Positions 33,112 to 43,299 of a DNA stretch of 64,000 nucleotides are shown here, one piece after another; position 1 is the first letter of the stretch; each line of letters opens with the position of its first letter. The stretch is from Alphaproteobacteria bacterium (lineage in GTDB: Bacteria; Pseudomonadota; Alphaproteobacteria; UBA8317). The position numbers and the translations under genes are program-made. The notes below the pieces were generated by a model, which was not told where the DNA came from, ran no database searches, and worked only from the letters and a program-made list of their open reading frames with translations. The DNA lies in assembly GCA_038131935.1 (NCBI GenBank), contig JAYPQH010000033.1, positions 15,693 to 79,692 on the forward strand, written 5' to 3'.

Positions 33112-34176
33112 TTATTTCATGTCAGGGATAAAAAACTTTGCCTCTAAAATTTTACGAGCCGTTCGTAGCAAATTGGCGCGTCGGACAACCAAACCTTGAT
33201 CATCTTCCTCACAATGAACCTCAATTCCAATTTTGCCAGCTGGATGATGGATTTCTACCTGATGGTGGCCTGCGTTCCATGGATATGTACAAGCCACGGT
33301 TCCTTCCGTTGTCATCGCTGTTGCCACACCCACAGCACCGGTAATGGCATGCGATGTATGGCATTTATGGGGTGTAAAATAACGAGACTGAATATGATGA
33401 ACATCATCAAGATGCGAGACCAACACAGGTTTAGGTATCACCAGATGGGTAACGTCACCAAGACCCATCCGCTTGCCAGCTTCAAGACGAATTTTTTCGC
33501 GTAAGCTCACAAATTGCTCATGGTTATCAAGTTCATGGGGCTTTTCATTTCCCAAAAAACCAAGTTGATCCGCCCGCATCATCACCAAAGGCATAGCAGC
33601 ATCTATACATGTCACATCTATACCCTGGATCACTTCTTGTCTGTGTCCCGTTGGAAACAAATGCCCCGTGACCCCACCAAAAGCATCGTGAAAGCTCAAT
33701 CTAATAGGAGATGCGGGATTTTTTACACCATCAATATGGGTTAGACCGTCATAAACTGGAACGCCTTTGGGGGTTTGAATGGTTGCATCTATGCGGCTTT
33801 TTGTATTGACATTGTGAATGCGCACAACTGTTTCACAATCTGTTGCAGGAACAAGTCCTTGTTCGATGGCAAAGGGACCAACGCCGCTTAACATGTTACC
33901 ACAATTGGGTTTGCTGTCAGCAATCGCTTTTGTTGGATCTATTTGGACAAATAAGTAATCAACATCGCAGTCTCCTCTCGTTGAAGGTGAGACAATAGCC
34001 ACTTTACTGGTAAGCGTTGTACCACCGCCTACACCTTCCAGCTGAAGAGGATCATGTGAACCTATGGCGTGAATGAGAATATGATCCCTTTGATCTTGAT
34101 CAATGGGAAGATCTCTACCTAAAAAAAACAGCCCTCGTGATGTTCCCGCGCGCATCATGGTTGCATTTATGGTCAT
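33112..34176 (-). CDS. PrpF/GalD family isomerase (4-oxalomesaconate tautomerase-like)
   Basis: MRAGTSRG, LTSKVAIV, PNCGNM, HAITGA, RTARK; GAGGTGG SD before ATG 34176. Confidence 0.88.
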   Translation of the reverse strand: MTINATMMRAGTSRGLFFLGRDLPIDQDQRDHILIHAIGSHDPLQLEGVGGGTTLTSKVAIVSPSTRGDCDVDYLFVQIDPTKAIADSKPNCGNMLSGVGPFAIEQGLVPATDCETVVRIHNVNTKSRIDATIQTPKGVPVYDGLTHIDGVKNPASPIRLSFHDAFGGVTGHLFPTGHRQEVIQGIDVTCIDAAMPLVMMRADQLGFLGNEKPHELDNHEQFVSLREKIRLEAGKRMGLGDVTHLVIPKPVLVSHLDDVHHIQSRYFTPHKCHTSHAITGAVGVATAMTTEGTVACTYPWNAGHHQVEIHHPAGKIGIEVHCEEDDQGLVVRRANLLRTARKILEAKFFIPDMK

Positions 34177-34398
34177 CTTTTCCACCTCTTGATCCATCTA
34201 TCTCATGTTCAGCCATAACTTCGGAAAGCTGTCAAATGATGCTCAAAGAATTTTTTGCTTAAACGAGAAGAAATCAAATTTTTTCAAAAGATATTGTAAT
34301 ATGATGATTTCCATGGAGTTCGAGCGTTTTTTCCCCCGACGAATATGTGAAAGAAAATAGCGTTGCCAATCAATGAATGGTGATGTCATAAAGTCGCT

Positions 34399-35112
34399 AT
34401 GGAACAGGTTATTCTTCTTGCCGTATTTTCATCAATTACCTCCCTGGTCACTGCAGTAGCTGGGCTGGGAGGGGGTGTTCTCCTGTTGGCATTAATGGCA
34501 CAGCTGTTGAACCCTATGTTGTTGATACCTTTGCACGGAATTGCACAGTTTTTTTCTAACTTTAACCGTGGTCTGGTGCATCGCCATCAACTCCAATGGC
34601 GTTATCTCATACCTTTTATGGTAGGCTCAGCAGCAGGTGCGTTCGCCTTTTTGCCTCTTGTGGTCATGGTAGATGATCGCTGGGGTGGGCTTGCCTTGGG
34701 GATATTTATCCTCATTGCAACATGGCGTCCCCATTGGTTGAAATTGCAAAAAATGCCCGCCCTCATCGGGGGAGCTATTACAAGTGGCTTAGGTGTTTTG
34801 TTCGGTGCTTCTGGTCCTTTGGCCATGTCTGCACACCCAAAGGAGACTTGGAACAAATTACAAATTGTTGGTAACCACGGGGCAGCAATGGCGTTCCAAC
34901 ATGGCATTAAAGTGGTGGCTTACATGGTTGGAGGGGTTCAATTATGGGGCTATATCCCTGAGATCATCGCTTTGTTTGTGGGGGCTTGGCTGGGAACATG
35001 GGTGGGCACGTTGGTGCTTCACAAATTGACAGATGACCGATTTAAAACCTTACTAAATATCGTACTAACGGTTCTTGCTCTGCGTTTGGTTATTATCCAT
35101 TTGTTTCCGTAA
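34399..35112 (+). CDS. TauE/SafE family (sulfite exporter-like) membrane protein
   Basis: GLGGG, PLHG...SN, GASGP; about 8 hydrophobic segments. Confidence 0.82.
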   Translation: MEQVILLAVFSSITSLVTAVAGLGGGVLLLALMAQLLNPMLLIPLHGIAQFFSNFNRGLVHRHQLQWRYLIPFMVGSAAGAFAFLPLVVMVDDRWGGLALGIFILIATWRPHWLKLQKMPALIGGAITSGLGVLFGASGPLAMSAHPKETWNKLQIVGNHGAAMAFQHGIKVVAYMVGGVQLWGYIPEIIALFVGAWLGTWVGTLVLHKLTDDRFKTLLNIVLTVLALRLVIIHLFP

Positions 35113-35158
35113 ATGAGGTTAAGACTTCAGACATGACCGAACATAAACCCAATAGGGC

Positions 35159-35380
35159 TCAGTTGTCGCTGCGTTGGATACGGCTACAGATAATACGGGA
35201 AATGGGAAGCATCATTACAGCCGTTAAGCCACCGGATGACATAGCAAGAAGCCAGTGAATTAAGAATGCATAGCCAAAATGCATGTTTGCTGTTGTTTCC
35301 ATCGCGATGGTGATGCCACCTGCCGCAGCACAGGTTGTTGTCAATCCCATGCAGAGGCCCCGAACCATGGTGGGGCTCAT
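35159..35380 (-). CDS. Small two-TM membrane protein, DUF2798-like
   Basis: Strong GGAGG SD, two hydrophobic segments, F..W pattern and basic C-tail; follows the aldolase on the same strand. Confidence 0.55.
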   Translation of the reverse strand: MSPTMVRGLCMGLTTTCAAAGGITIAMETTANMHFGYAFLIHWLLAMSSGGLTAVMMLPISRIICSRIQRSDN

Positions 35381-35445
35381 AAGTCTACCTCCAGTCTTCC
35401 TTCATATGAAGACTAGCATAAAAATCCATCATTTGTCCTGCGACT

Positions 35446-36114
35446 TTAAGGGGATGAGGCGCCATGTCTCGTTTGCTGACCATAATGACCAAATTTGTCT
35501 AATACTTCTGACATTTGTTTTTGTGTGAGAAGAGGAACATTTTTGTGTAATGAACGCAGCTGAAAATAACATTGAGCAAGTTCTTCGATCAATTCTGCAC
35601 GCTCGTAGGCCAATTGAGGACTTTGCGCACATGCAATCACTCCATGATGTTGCATGAGGCAACCATGATATTCTTGTCCAATTGTTTCGATAATGTGATT
35701 GGCCAATTCCTCTGTTCCAAATAATGCATAGGGTGCACAAGGAATCTTATCACCTCCTAAGGCTGCTACCATATAGTGAAATGCTGGTATGGGTAGACTG
35801 GCACAAGCTAAGCTGGTTGCATAAGAGGAATGTGTATGCACAATACATTGAACATCTGAACGGGCTGCATACAAGCGAAGATGAAAAAGCCATTCTGATG
35901 ATGGAAGCCAGGATGTATCTGCCACCTGGCCATCTTGTTGGACTTTGACAATCTTAGAGGCGTTCAGCTCGGACGCTGCAACGCCTGTTGGGGTTATATA
36001 CATACCATCAGTGGTTCTTATTGAAATATTTCCAGAACGACCTGCGCTCAGACCCTCTCGGGACATTCTCTGAGCTAGTTCGATAACTTGTTTCACTGCC
36101 TGCGAAATCGCCAT
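35446..36114 (-). CDS. Class II aldolase/adducin family (FucA-like)
   Basis: SGNISIR, TPTG, PSSEWLFH, HTHS, QHHG Zn ligands. Confidence 0.92.
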   Translation of the reverse strand: MAISQAVKQVIELAQRMSREGLSAGRSGNISIRTTDGMYITPTGVAASELNASKIVKVQQDGQVADTSWLPSSEWLFHLRLYAARSDVQCIVHTHSSYATSLACASLPIPAFHYMVAALGGDKIPCAPYALFGTEELANHIIETIGQEYHGCLMQHHGVIACAQSPQLAYERAELIEELAQCYFQLRSLHKNVPLLTQKQMSEVLDKFGHYGQQTRHGASSP

Positions 36115-36207
36115 CCGTGTACACCCCTCAAAACCATCTTTTTTATCCTTACAATTTGCTCTACACCAGAGAACGTCACATGAACATATTCTGGAGAGGA
36201 TGAAGTT

Positions 36208-37053
36208 ATGAAATTAGGACGACTGGGCCCTATCGGTCAGGAAAAACCAGCAATTATGGATGCAGAAGGTAATTGGCGGGACTTATCGAGCCATATTTCT
36301 GATATCACACCAGCAACATTAGCCGATGGAGCTCTGGAAAAAATCAGATCTCTTAACCTAGAGGAATTACCGTTAGCAGATCAAAATCAACGCGTGGGTG
36401 CATGTGTAGGTGATATCCATAATTTTATTTGTATTGGTCTGAATTACGCACAACATGCCGCAGAAACAGGTGCAGATATCCCAAAAGAGCCTATCGTGTT
36501 CAACAAAACAACATCTGCCGTTTGCGGTCCTAATGATCATATTATCATTCCAAGAAATTCGATCCATACGGATTGGGAGACAGAATTAGGGGTGGTTATT
36601 GGTAAGAGAGCCCATTATGTCTCTGAAGAGGATGCCCTGGACTATGTGGCTGGTTATTGTGTCATCAATGATGTTTCGGAACGCACCTTCCAAAAAGACC
36701 GTGGTGGTCAGTGGACAAAGGGTAAGTCATCTGAAAACTTTGGCCCAACAGGGCCTTGGCTGGTAACAGCTGACGAAGTGTCTGATCCACAAAACCTAAA
36801 TCTCTGGTTGAAGGTTAATGGCCAAATGATGCAGAACAATTCAACATCAGATATGATTTTCAATCTTCGACAAATTATCGCTCACCTGACCGAATTTATG
36901 GTTCTTAGCCCAGGCGATGTGATTGCAACGGGAACACCAGAGGGCGTTGGTTCTGGCATGAATCCACCAGTATACCTCAAGCCAGGTGATGTCGTTGAGT
37001 TAGGCGTTGAAGGTCTAGGTGTACAGCGCCAAGAAGTGGTTGCTGCATCTTAA
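36208..37053 (+). CDS. Fumarylacetoacetate hydrolase family protein
   Basis: CIGLNY, DWETEL, NDVSER, WTKGK, PGDVIATGTP. Confidence 0.93.
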   Translation: MKLGRLGPIGQEKPAIMDAEGNWRDLSSHISDITPATLADGALEKIRSLNLEELPLADQNQRVGACVGDIHNFICIGLNYAQHAAETGADIPKEPIVFNKTTSAVCGPNDHIIIPRNSIHTDWETELGVVIGKRAHYVSEEDALDYVAGYCVINDVSERTFQKDRGGQWTKGKSSENFGPTGPWLVTADEVSDPQNLNLWLKVNGQMMQNNSTSDMIFNLRQIIAHLTEFMVLSPGDVIATGTPEGVGSGMNPPVYLKPGDVVELGVEGLGVQRQEVVAAS

Positions 37054-37081
37054 GTTTCCACTGATTTTTTTACGACTCCTG

Positions 37082-37113
37082 AGCCCCCTGATATCATGTC
37101 GGGGGGCTTTTTT
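37082..37113 (+). terminator. Rho-independent terminator after the FAH gene
   Basis: AGCCCCCTGATA-TCA-TGTCGGGGGGCT then TTTTT; a second hairpin ATGCCCT..AGGGCAT follows. Confidence 0.8.
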
Positions 37114-37177
37114 GATGCCCTTTTCAAGAGGGCATGTGATAGGTCATGATGGGTATGTCATAGTGATGGGGGAAAAT

Positions 37178-38626
37178 ATGTTATCTGTTCAAGAGCTCAA
37201 AAAAGAAGCCAACTTTATTGCTGGTTCCTGGATAAATGCTGACAATGGTGAAGTTCTTGAGGTCACCAATAAGGCAACAGGTGATGTGATTGGCACCATT
37301 CCAAAAGTAGGGGCCCTTGAAACACGTCGTGCAATCGATGCTGCGCACAGCGCTTTCTCGACTTTTTCAAAATTGACTGCAGCAGAGCGTGCTGAGATGC
37401 TCCATAAGATGGCCTCACTCGTCCGCGAAAATGCTGACGATTTGGCCCATTTGCTTACCCTTGAACAAGGAAAACCTTTGGCCGAAGCAAAAGGGGAAGT
37501 CATGATTGGTGCTGCGTATATTCAATGGTATGCTGAAGAAGCACGCAGACTTTATGGAGAAATGATCCCATCGCCTTGGTCTGACAGACGTATTCTTGTC
37601 GCGCGCGAGCCTGTTGGTGTGTTTGCGGCGATTACACCATGGAATTTCCCATTTTCGATGATTGCAAGAAAAATGGGTGCAGGTTTGGCTGTGGGTTGTA
37701 CTTGTGTCATCAAGCCATCTGAATTTACCCCATATACAGGCCTTGTTTGGGGCGTTTTGGCAAAAGAGGCGGGAATCCCTGATGGTGTGGTTAATATTGT
37801 TACGGGGGATCCCGCTGCCATTGGTGAGGAAATGACGTCCCATCCGGATGTTCGTAAAATCACATTCACGGGATCAACAAGGGTTGGAAAAATGCTGGCA
37901 GAGCGTGCTGGTAAGGCGATGAAAAGATATTCCATGGAATTGGGTGGTAACGCCCCTTTCTTGGTATTTGATGATGCTGATCTTGATGCCGCTGTTGAAG
38001 GCGCTTTGGCAGCGAAATACCGTAACGCCGGACAAACCTGTGTCTGTACAAATAGATTTTACATACAGGCTGGCATTTATGATGAATTTGCAGAGCGTTT
38101 AGCGGCGAAAGTAGCGCAGTTAAAAGTTGCGGATGGTTTCACCCCGGGAGCTGCTCAGGGACCGCTTATCAATCAAAACGCTTTAGCAAAGGTTGAAGCG
38201 CATGTTGCTGATGCGTTGAAAAAAGGTGGGACACTTATGACTGGTGGATCACCACATGAGCTGGGTGGAACGTTCTATCAACCCACGGTGATCCGAGACG
38301 GGCATCAGGAAATGACCATTGCGCATGAAGAAACATTCGGGCCGCTTGCTGTTTTGATAAAATTTGAAACTGAAGAAGAGGTGGTACGCTTTGCCAATAA
38401 TACGGAGTATGGATTGGCGGCCTATTTTTACACCAAAGATCTTGGCAGAACTTTTAGGGTTTCATCGGCTTTAGAATATGGGATGATAGGCGTTAATGCT
38501 GGTATCATCACCACTGAGGTGGCTCCATTTGGTGGTGTGAAAGACTCTGGACAGGGTCGAGAAGGTGCACGCCATGGTCTGGATGACTATGTGAATATAA
38601 AATATCTTAGCATTGCTGGAATTTAA
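37178..38626 (+). CDS. gabD: NAD(P)-dependent succinate-semialdehyde dehydrogenase
   Basis: ITPWNFP, FTGST, MELGGNAP, NAGQTCVC, EETFGP, PFGGVKDSG. Confidence 0.9.
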   Translation: MLSVQELKKEANFIAGSWINADNGEVLEVTNKATGDVIGTIPKVGALETRRAIDAAHSAFSTFSKLTAAERAEMLHKMASLVRENADDLAHLLTLEQGKPLAEAKGEVMIGAAYIQWYAEEARRLYGEMIPSPWSDRRILVAREPVGVFAAITPWNFPFSMIARKMGAGLAVGCTCVIKPSEFTPYTGLVWGVLAKEAGIPDGVVNIVTGDPAAIGEEMTSHPDVRKITFTGSTRVGKMLAERAGKAMKRYSMELGGNAPFLVFDDADLDAAVEGALAAKYRNAGQTCVCTNRFYIQAGIYDEFAERLAAKVAQLKVADGFTPGAAQGPLINQNALAKVEAHVADALKKGGTLMTGGSPHELGGTFYQPTVIRDGHQEMTIAHEETFGPLAVLIKFETEEEVVRFANNTEYGLAAYFYTKDLGRTFRVSSALEYGMIGVNAGIITTEVAPFGGVKDSGQGREGARHGLDDYVNIKYLSIAGI

Positions 38627-38630
38627 AGCC

Positions 38631-39106
38631 ATGGCTTCCTCAGATAAGAAATCATCACGTCCACAACCTCATCCTAGGTCTTATTATCCCTTCATGCTCT
38701 CCATGACGACGCGCTGGAATGACCAAGATATTTATGGCCATATGAACAATATGATTTATGGTGAGATGTTTGACACGGTGGTAAACCGTTTGCTGATTGA
38801 TGGGGGTGTTCTGGACTTTAAGACATCCCCACGAATTGGCCTCGTGGTGTCAAGTTCTTATCAATTTTTTGAAGGTGTGAATTATCCTGAAACCTTGATG
38901 TAGGTGTAGGCATTCACCATATGGGAACGTCCTCTGTTGGCTATAGCTTTGCTTTGTTTCGTGCACAAGCAAGCCATGCGGCTGCACAGGGGCAATACAC
39001 ACATGTGTTTGTGGAACGAGCAACGCATAAACCTACTCCTATTTGGCCTGAGTTAAAATCACTTTTGGTTTCAAATTGGATACAAGATGGATCCCAATGC
39101 CCATGA
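38631..39106 (+). CDS. Acyl-CoA thioesterase, 4HBT/hotdog family (frameshift near 38893)
   Basis: RWNDQDIYGHMNN in the first ORF, GTSSVGY...HVFVER in the second; one indel restores TLDVGVGI. Confidence 0.82.
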
Positions 39107-40716
39107 TGGAACAACAAGAATTTTTAACTTTCGATTATGTTATTGTGGGTGCTGGTTCAGCAGGATGCGTTTTGGCAAACCGTTTGAGTGAAGATCCTGG
39201 ATGTAGGGTTCTGCTACTCGAAGCAGGTGGCAAAGATAATTATCACTGGGTTCATATCCCTGTTGGGTACTTGTATTGCATTGGCAATCCGAGGACAGAT
39301 TGGGGTTTTAAAACAAGTCCTATACCTGGGTTGAATGGTCGCTCGTTGTTATATCCTCGCGGGCGTATTATGGGGGGCTGTTCGTCCATCAATGGCATGT
39401 TGTATTTGCGTGGACAATCAGCAGATTACGATCACTGGCGGCAAATGGGAAATCTTGGCTGGGGATGGGATGATGTGCTGCCATATTTTATGAAGTCAGA
39501 AGATTATGTAGATGGTCCAGATGACCTACATGGTTCTGGTGGGGAATGGCATGTAGATAATCAGCGCCTGAGGTGGGAGGTGCTTGATGATGTTCACAAA
39601 GCATTCGTTGATTATGGTATACCAGCAACTGATGATTTCAATCGTGGTGACAATCATGGTGTTGGATATTTTAAAGTAAACCAGCGTCATGGATTTCGTT
39701 GGAATACCGTAAAAGCTTTTATCAAACCAGCACAAAACCGGCCAAACCTAACTGTGATGACACATGTACAAATTGAAAAATTGTTAATGGATGGGCGGAA
39801 AGTCTGGGGGGTTCAAGGTCAGCAAAAGGGTCAATTGCGTAAATTCAAGGCTGCAAGAGAAGTCATTTTGTCTGCAGGCGCAATCGGATCACCGCATATC
39901 ATGCAACGTTCAGGTATTGGGCCCGCTGAACATCTCAACAATCTTGGTATCGAACCAGTCATCGACCATCCCGATGTTGGTGCCAACTTACAGGATCATT
40001 TACAGATTCGTTGCGCTTACAAAATGAAGGATGCACGTACCTTGAATACCTTGGCCAACAGTTGGTGGGGAAAATTATCCATCGGGATGCAATATGCCTT
40101 GCGCCGCAGGGGGCCTATGTCTATGGCCCCTAGCCAGCTTGGTGCGTTCGCCTATTCGTCGCCAGATTTGGAAACCCCCGATTTGGAGTATCATATCCAA
40201 CCCGTGAGTTTGGATGCATTTGGCGAACCTCCACATCGTTTTCCAGCAATAACCATGAGTGTTTGCAATCTTCGGCCGCAAAGTCGGGGAACTGTATTGA
40301 TACGTTCTTTGGATCCATCAGAGCAGCCAGATATTTCACCAAACTATCTTTCTGACCCTCATGATCGCCTTGTAGCTGCGCGTTCTATTCGATTGACCCG
40401 AGATATCATGAGAGAAAAAGCTCTAGAGAAATATCAACCTGAAGAATTTAAGCCTGGGTATGAATTTGAAACAGATGACGAATTGGCAACAGCTGCTGGG
40501 GAAGTTGGGACCACAATTTTTCATCCTGTTGGGACCGCACGCATGGGGACTGACGATAAAGCCGTTGTAGATCCTCAACTCAAAGTAAGAGGCCTTGATG
40601 GGTTGCGGGTTGTTGATGCCTCGGTGATGCCAACTATTACCTCAGGAAATACAAATTCACCAACAATTATGATTGCCGAAAAAGCTGCAGATATGATCAA
40701 GGCGCAAGCTTTTTGA
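39103..40716 (+). CDS. GMC family oxidoreductase (choline dehydrogenase-like)
   Basis: VGAGSAG, GGCSSING, GANLQDH, FHPVGT, VVDASVMP, GNTNSP. Confidence 0.93.
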   Translation: MMEQQEFLTFDYVIVGAGSAGCVLANRLSEDPGCRVLLLEAGGKDNYHWVHIPVGYLYCIGNPRTDWGFKTSPIPGLNGRSLLYPRGRIMGGCSSINGMLYLRGQSADYDHWRQMGNLGWGWDDVLPYFMKSEDYVDGPDDLHGSGGEWHVDNQRLRWEVLDDVHKAFVDYGIPATDDFNRGDNHGVGYFKVNQRHGFRWNTVKAFIKPAQNRPNLTVMTHVQIEKLLMDGRKVWGVQGQQKGQLRKFKAAREVILSAGAIGSPHIMQRSGIGPAEHLNNLGIEPVIDHPDVGANLQDHLQIRCAYKMKDARTLNTLANSWWGKLSIGMQYALRRRGPMSMAPSQLGAFAYSSPDLETPDLEYHIQPVSLDAFGEPPHRFPAITMSVCNLRPQSRGTVLIRSLDPSEQPDISPNYLSDPHDRLVAARSIRLTRDIMREKALEKYQPEEFKPGYEFETDDELATAAGEVGTTIFHPVGTARMGTDDKAVVDPQLKVRGLDGLRVVDASVMPTITSGNTNSPTIMIAEKAADMIKAQAF

Positions 40717-41600
40717 GCGCAAATTCGACGGCTTCGGCCGCCATTTGGCCACAGAGCATAGTGGTTACGGCGGTTGGCAAGGGTGGCACAATATCTCCAG
40801 TAGACACGGCGAATATGAGATCACCATCATGGGGGGTATGAGATGGGTTTGATGGCGCGAGCCATTCCATCATGGGCCATTATTGCCATTCGTTTTAATT
40901 GTAATTTATCCAATTTGGCATTGGTGATAACGACACCAATCGTGGTCTGTCCACCAGCCAATGACATGCCACCAAGCTTTGTCTCTGAAAGTGATATAAG
41001 ACCCTCTTGGGCAATTCTGCCCACGGGATTTGCGATCATCATGCTTGCCACAACAATATCCTCGCATTGGCGAGAGGCGCAACTTAGGCCTCCACCAACA
41101 GCCGAACCATCGCGTGCACCTGCGCCAGCACCATGTCGAGGCATGGGTTTGGAGGTGCCAAGTTGAGAAATGGCTTCTTGCGCTAAGGTTTCGTAGCAGC
41201 TTTTAAGGGCGAGGTTATTATGTGCAGGCTGAAGGTCATAAATAACAGCACCTGCAACGATGGGTACCACTGGAACATTGGTTTTGATGCGAACCCCTTG
41301 TCCTTGGTTATAAAGATATTCGCTCACCACAGATCCTGCAGCCAAACCGTGGGCCGATCCACCCGTGAAGAACAGTCCGTGGATGTCGTCTACCACATGC
41401 CCAGGCTGCAGCGCATCGATTTCTCGACTCCCAGGTGCGCCACCACGAACATCAACCGAACCCACACAGTTGTCAGGAAAGATTACTATAGATACACCTG
41501 TGTCAGGGCTGTGACGCGCTGCATGTCCTGACAATATGCCAGTTATGTCGTGAATGTCATCGCGATGTCCTGCTTTTGTGCCATGGAAATACGTATTCAC
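40697..41600 (-). CDS. Peptidase S58/DmpA (P1) family protein (frameshift near 40835)
   Basis: VDVRGGAPGSRE, GGSAHGL, GQTTIG, AHDGMARAI; the shifted frame continues HTPHDGDLIFAVSTG to a stop at 40697. Confidence 0.85.
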
Positions 41601-42193
41601 ATTCCAGCCCCATAACGTTTTTCATCCATCACATCACGAACTGGACCTAATGCTTTTGCATAAGCCACAAATAAATTTAATGTATATTCCATGCGGCTTG
41701 GTAGCCATGAAGGTATTTTTTCATGGGGTTGATCCAGTTCAAGATGCTAGACATTTTTGAGGATCAAATGTTCGGGTATCCAATTTAATTTGGTATTTTT
41801 GTATCCGCTCATGCGTAACTCACTTACAGGATACGTACCTCCCGTGCCGGAGGAGATAGAAATGATAAGGCCTGGTTTATGAGCCAACTCTCCATCAGAG
41901 CAGAGCAAAAAAATATTTTTTAAATGAGGCGTCACCATACCATTATATTCTGGTGTGATAAACACAAAGCCTTCCGCTTGTGTGAAGCGACGAGAGACTG
42001 GTGGCCAAATTTCTCCCCAAATTCCTTTGAGGCTTCCTTTATCCTCATCCCAAAACGGTAGATGTGTTTGAGATAAATCAAGGATGTCAGTATCTATCTT
42101 TTTTTGTGCAAGCATTTGTTGCACGATGGCCCCAACCCGTGATGATTGCGCTCTTGTACGATTAGAGCCCGTCACAATCATGATAGGTCCCAT
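41597..42193 (-). CDS. NADPH-dependent FMN reductase family protein (internal in-frame TAG at 41747-41749)
   Basis: GSNR, TPEYNG, LAHKP, GGTYP; the frame stays open 49 codons past the TAG to a TGA overlapping the next GTG start. Confidence 0.82.
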
Positions 42194-42243
42194 GATAATA
42201 TCCTTTCACATATTTGGTAGTGATGTTGACGTCACGGCACCAA

Positions 42244-43242
42244 CTATTCACCGCGAAGCGCATCCTCATACCCGTTTATTAAAAGTTTAACACCCTCTGC
42301 AAAAGGCATGTTGGGCTCCCATCCCAATAATGACTTTGCGAGGGTATTGTCGTAATAAAGATTTTCCCCGGCAGGCAAACGAACACGTCCATCATCTTGA
42401 ACATAGTCGATATCCTGATGAAGGCCAGACACCTGCATAACGGTGTTTATAATGTCAACCAGGCTAAGGCTTTTACCTCCAGAGATGTTGACGGTCATAT
42501 TTTCTTTCTGTTCATCGAAAGCCATACAAATGGCGCGGGCGACATCACCAGCATACACAAAATCTTTGCTCTCACGACCATCACCGAAAATTTGTGGTTT
42601 TAATCCAGATCTCAAACGTTCGTAGGTATCAATGATGTAAAGGGCATTGGCTGCGCGGCGATGTTGGTGCTCACCATACACGGTAGAAAAGCGGAGATTG
42701 GCAAAGGGCAATCCATGTTGTGCGTGGTAAAGTTTACATAATTGTTCGCCTATGAGCTTGCTGGCGCCATAAGCAACAGCGCCGGGTGGTACCTGATGGG
42801 TATTTAGTGGTTTGGTTTCATCAATCGCACCTCCAATACCAAACCCATATGTTGCGCTTGAGGATGCAAAAACAACCTTTTGAACTTGATGCATCACAGC
42901 TGCATTCAAAAAGTTTATATGCCCAGTAATATTAACCTCCAAGCCACTTTGTGGGTTTTCGGACATGCCAAGGCTCATGTAGGCCGCGAGGTTAACGGCA
43001 AGGTCAATGCCTTCCATGGCCTTATTGATTTCAGCGGGTTGCGTGAGGTCTCCAGATAATAAAGTCACATGGGGATGCTCTTTTAAGGCTCCGAGTGAAT
43101 CTTTGCTGTCAAATCGTAGCGGATCAAAAACCAAAATGCGACCAGCATTCTGCTGGACAAGTTTTTTGGTCAAATGTGCACCGACCAGCGAGGCACCACC
43201 TGCAATGAGGATATTCTTGCCAACAATGTAAGGACATTCCAT
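42244..43242 (-). CDS. NAD-dependent epimerase/dehydratase (extended SDR)
   Basis: GGASLVG, ASSSATYG, YGASK, DFVYAGDVA. Confidence 0.9.
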   Translation of the reverse strand: MECPYIVGKNILIAGGASLVGAHLTKKLVQQNAGRILVFDPLRFDSKDSLGALKEHPHVTLLSGDLTQPAEINKAMEGIDLAVNLAAYMSLGMSENPQSGLEVNITGHINFLNAAVMHQVQKVVFASSSATYGFGIGGAIDETKPLNTHQVPPGAVAYGASKLIGEQLCKLYHAQHGLPFANLRFSTVYGEHQHRRAANALYIIDTYERLRSGLKPQIFGDGRESKDFVYAGDVARAICMAFDEQKENMTVNISGGKSLSLVDIINTVMQVSGLHQDIDYVQDDGRVRLPAGENLYYDNTLAKSLLGWEPNMPFAEGVKLLINGYEDALRGE

Positions 43243-43299
43243 AGTTCTTTTCCTTTCCATATATTTGTATCTCTGTATGAAAAAATTGAGGAAATCAGT

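Noticed and set aside
34172-34197. Similar leaders MDQEVEKMT (34197, minus strand) and MDQEVKMT (46153, plus strand)
   Set aside because: Explained by shared GAGGTG Shine-Dalgarno context before the true ATG; not a repeat element
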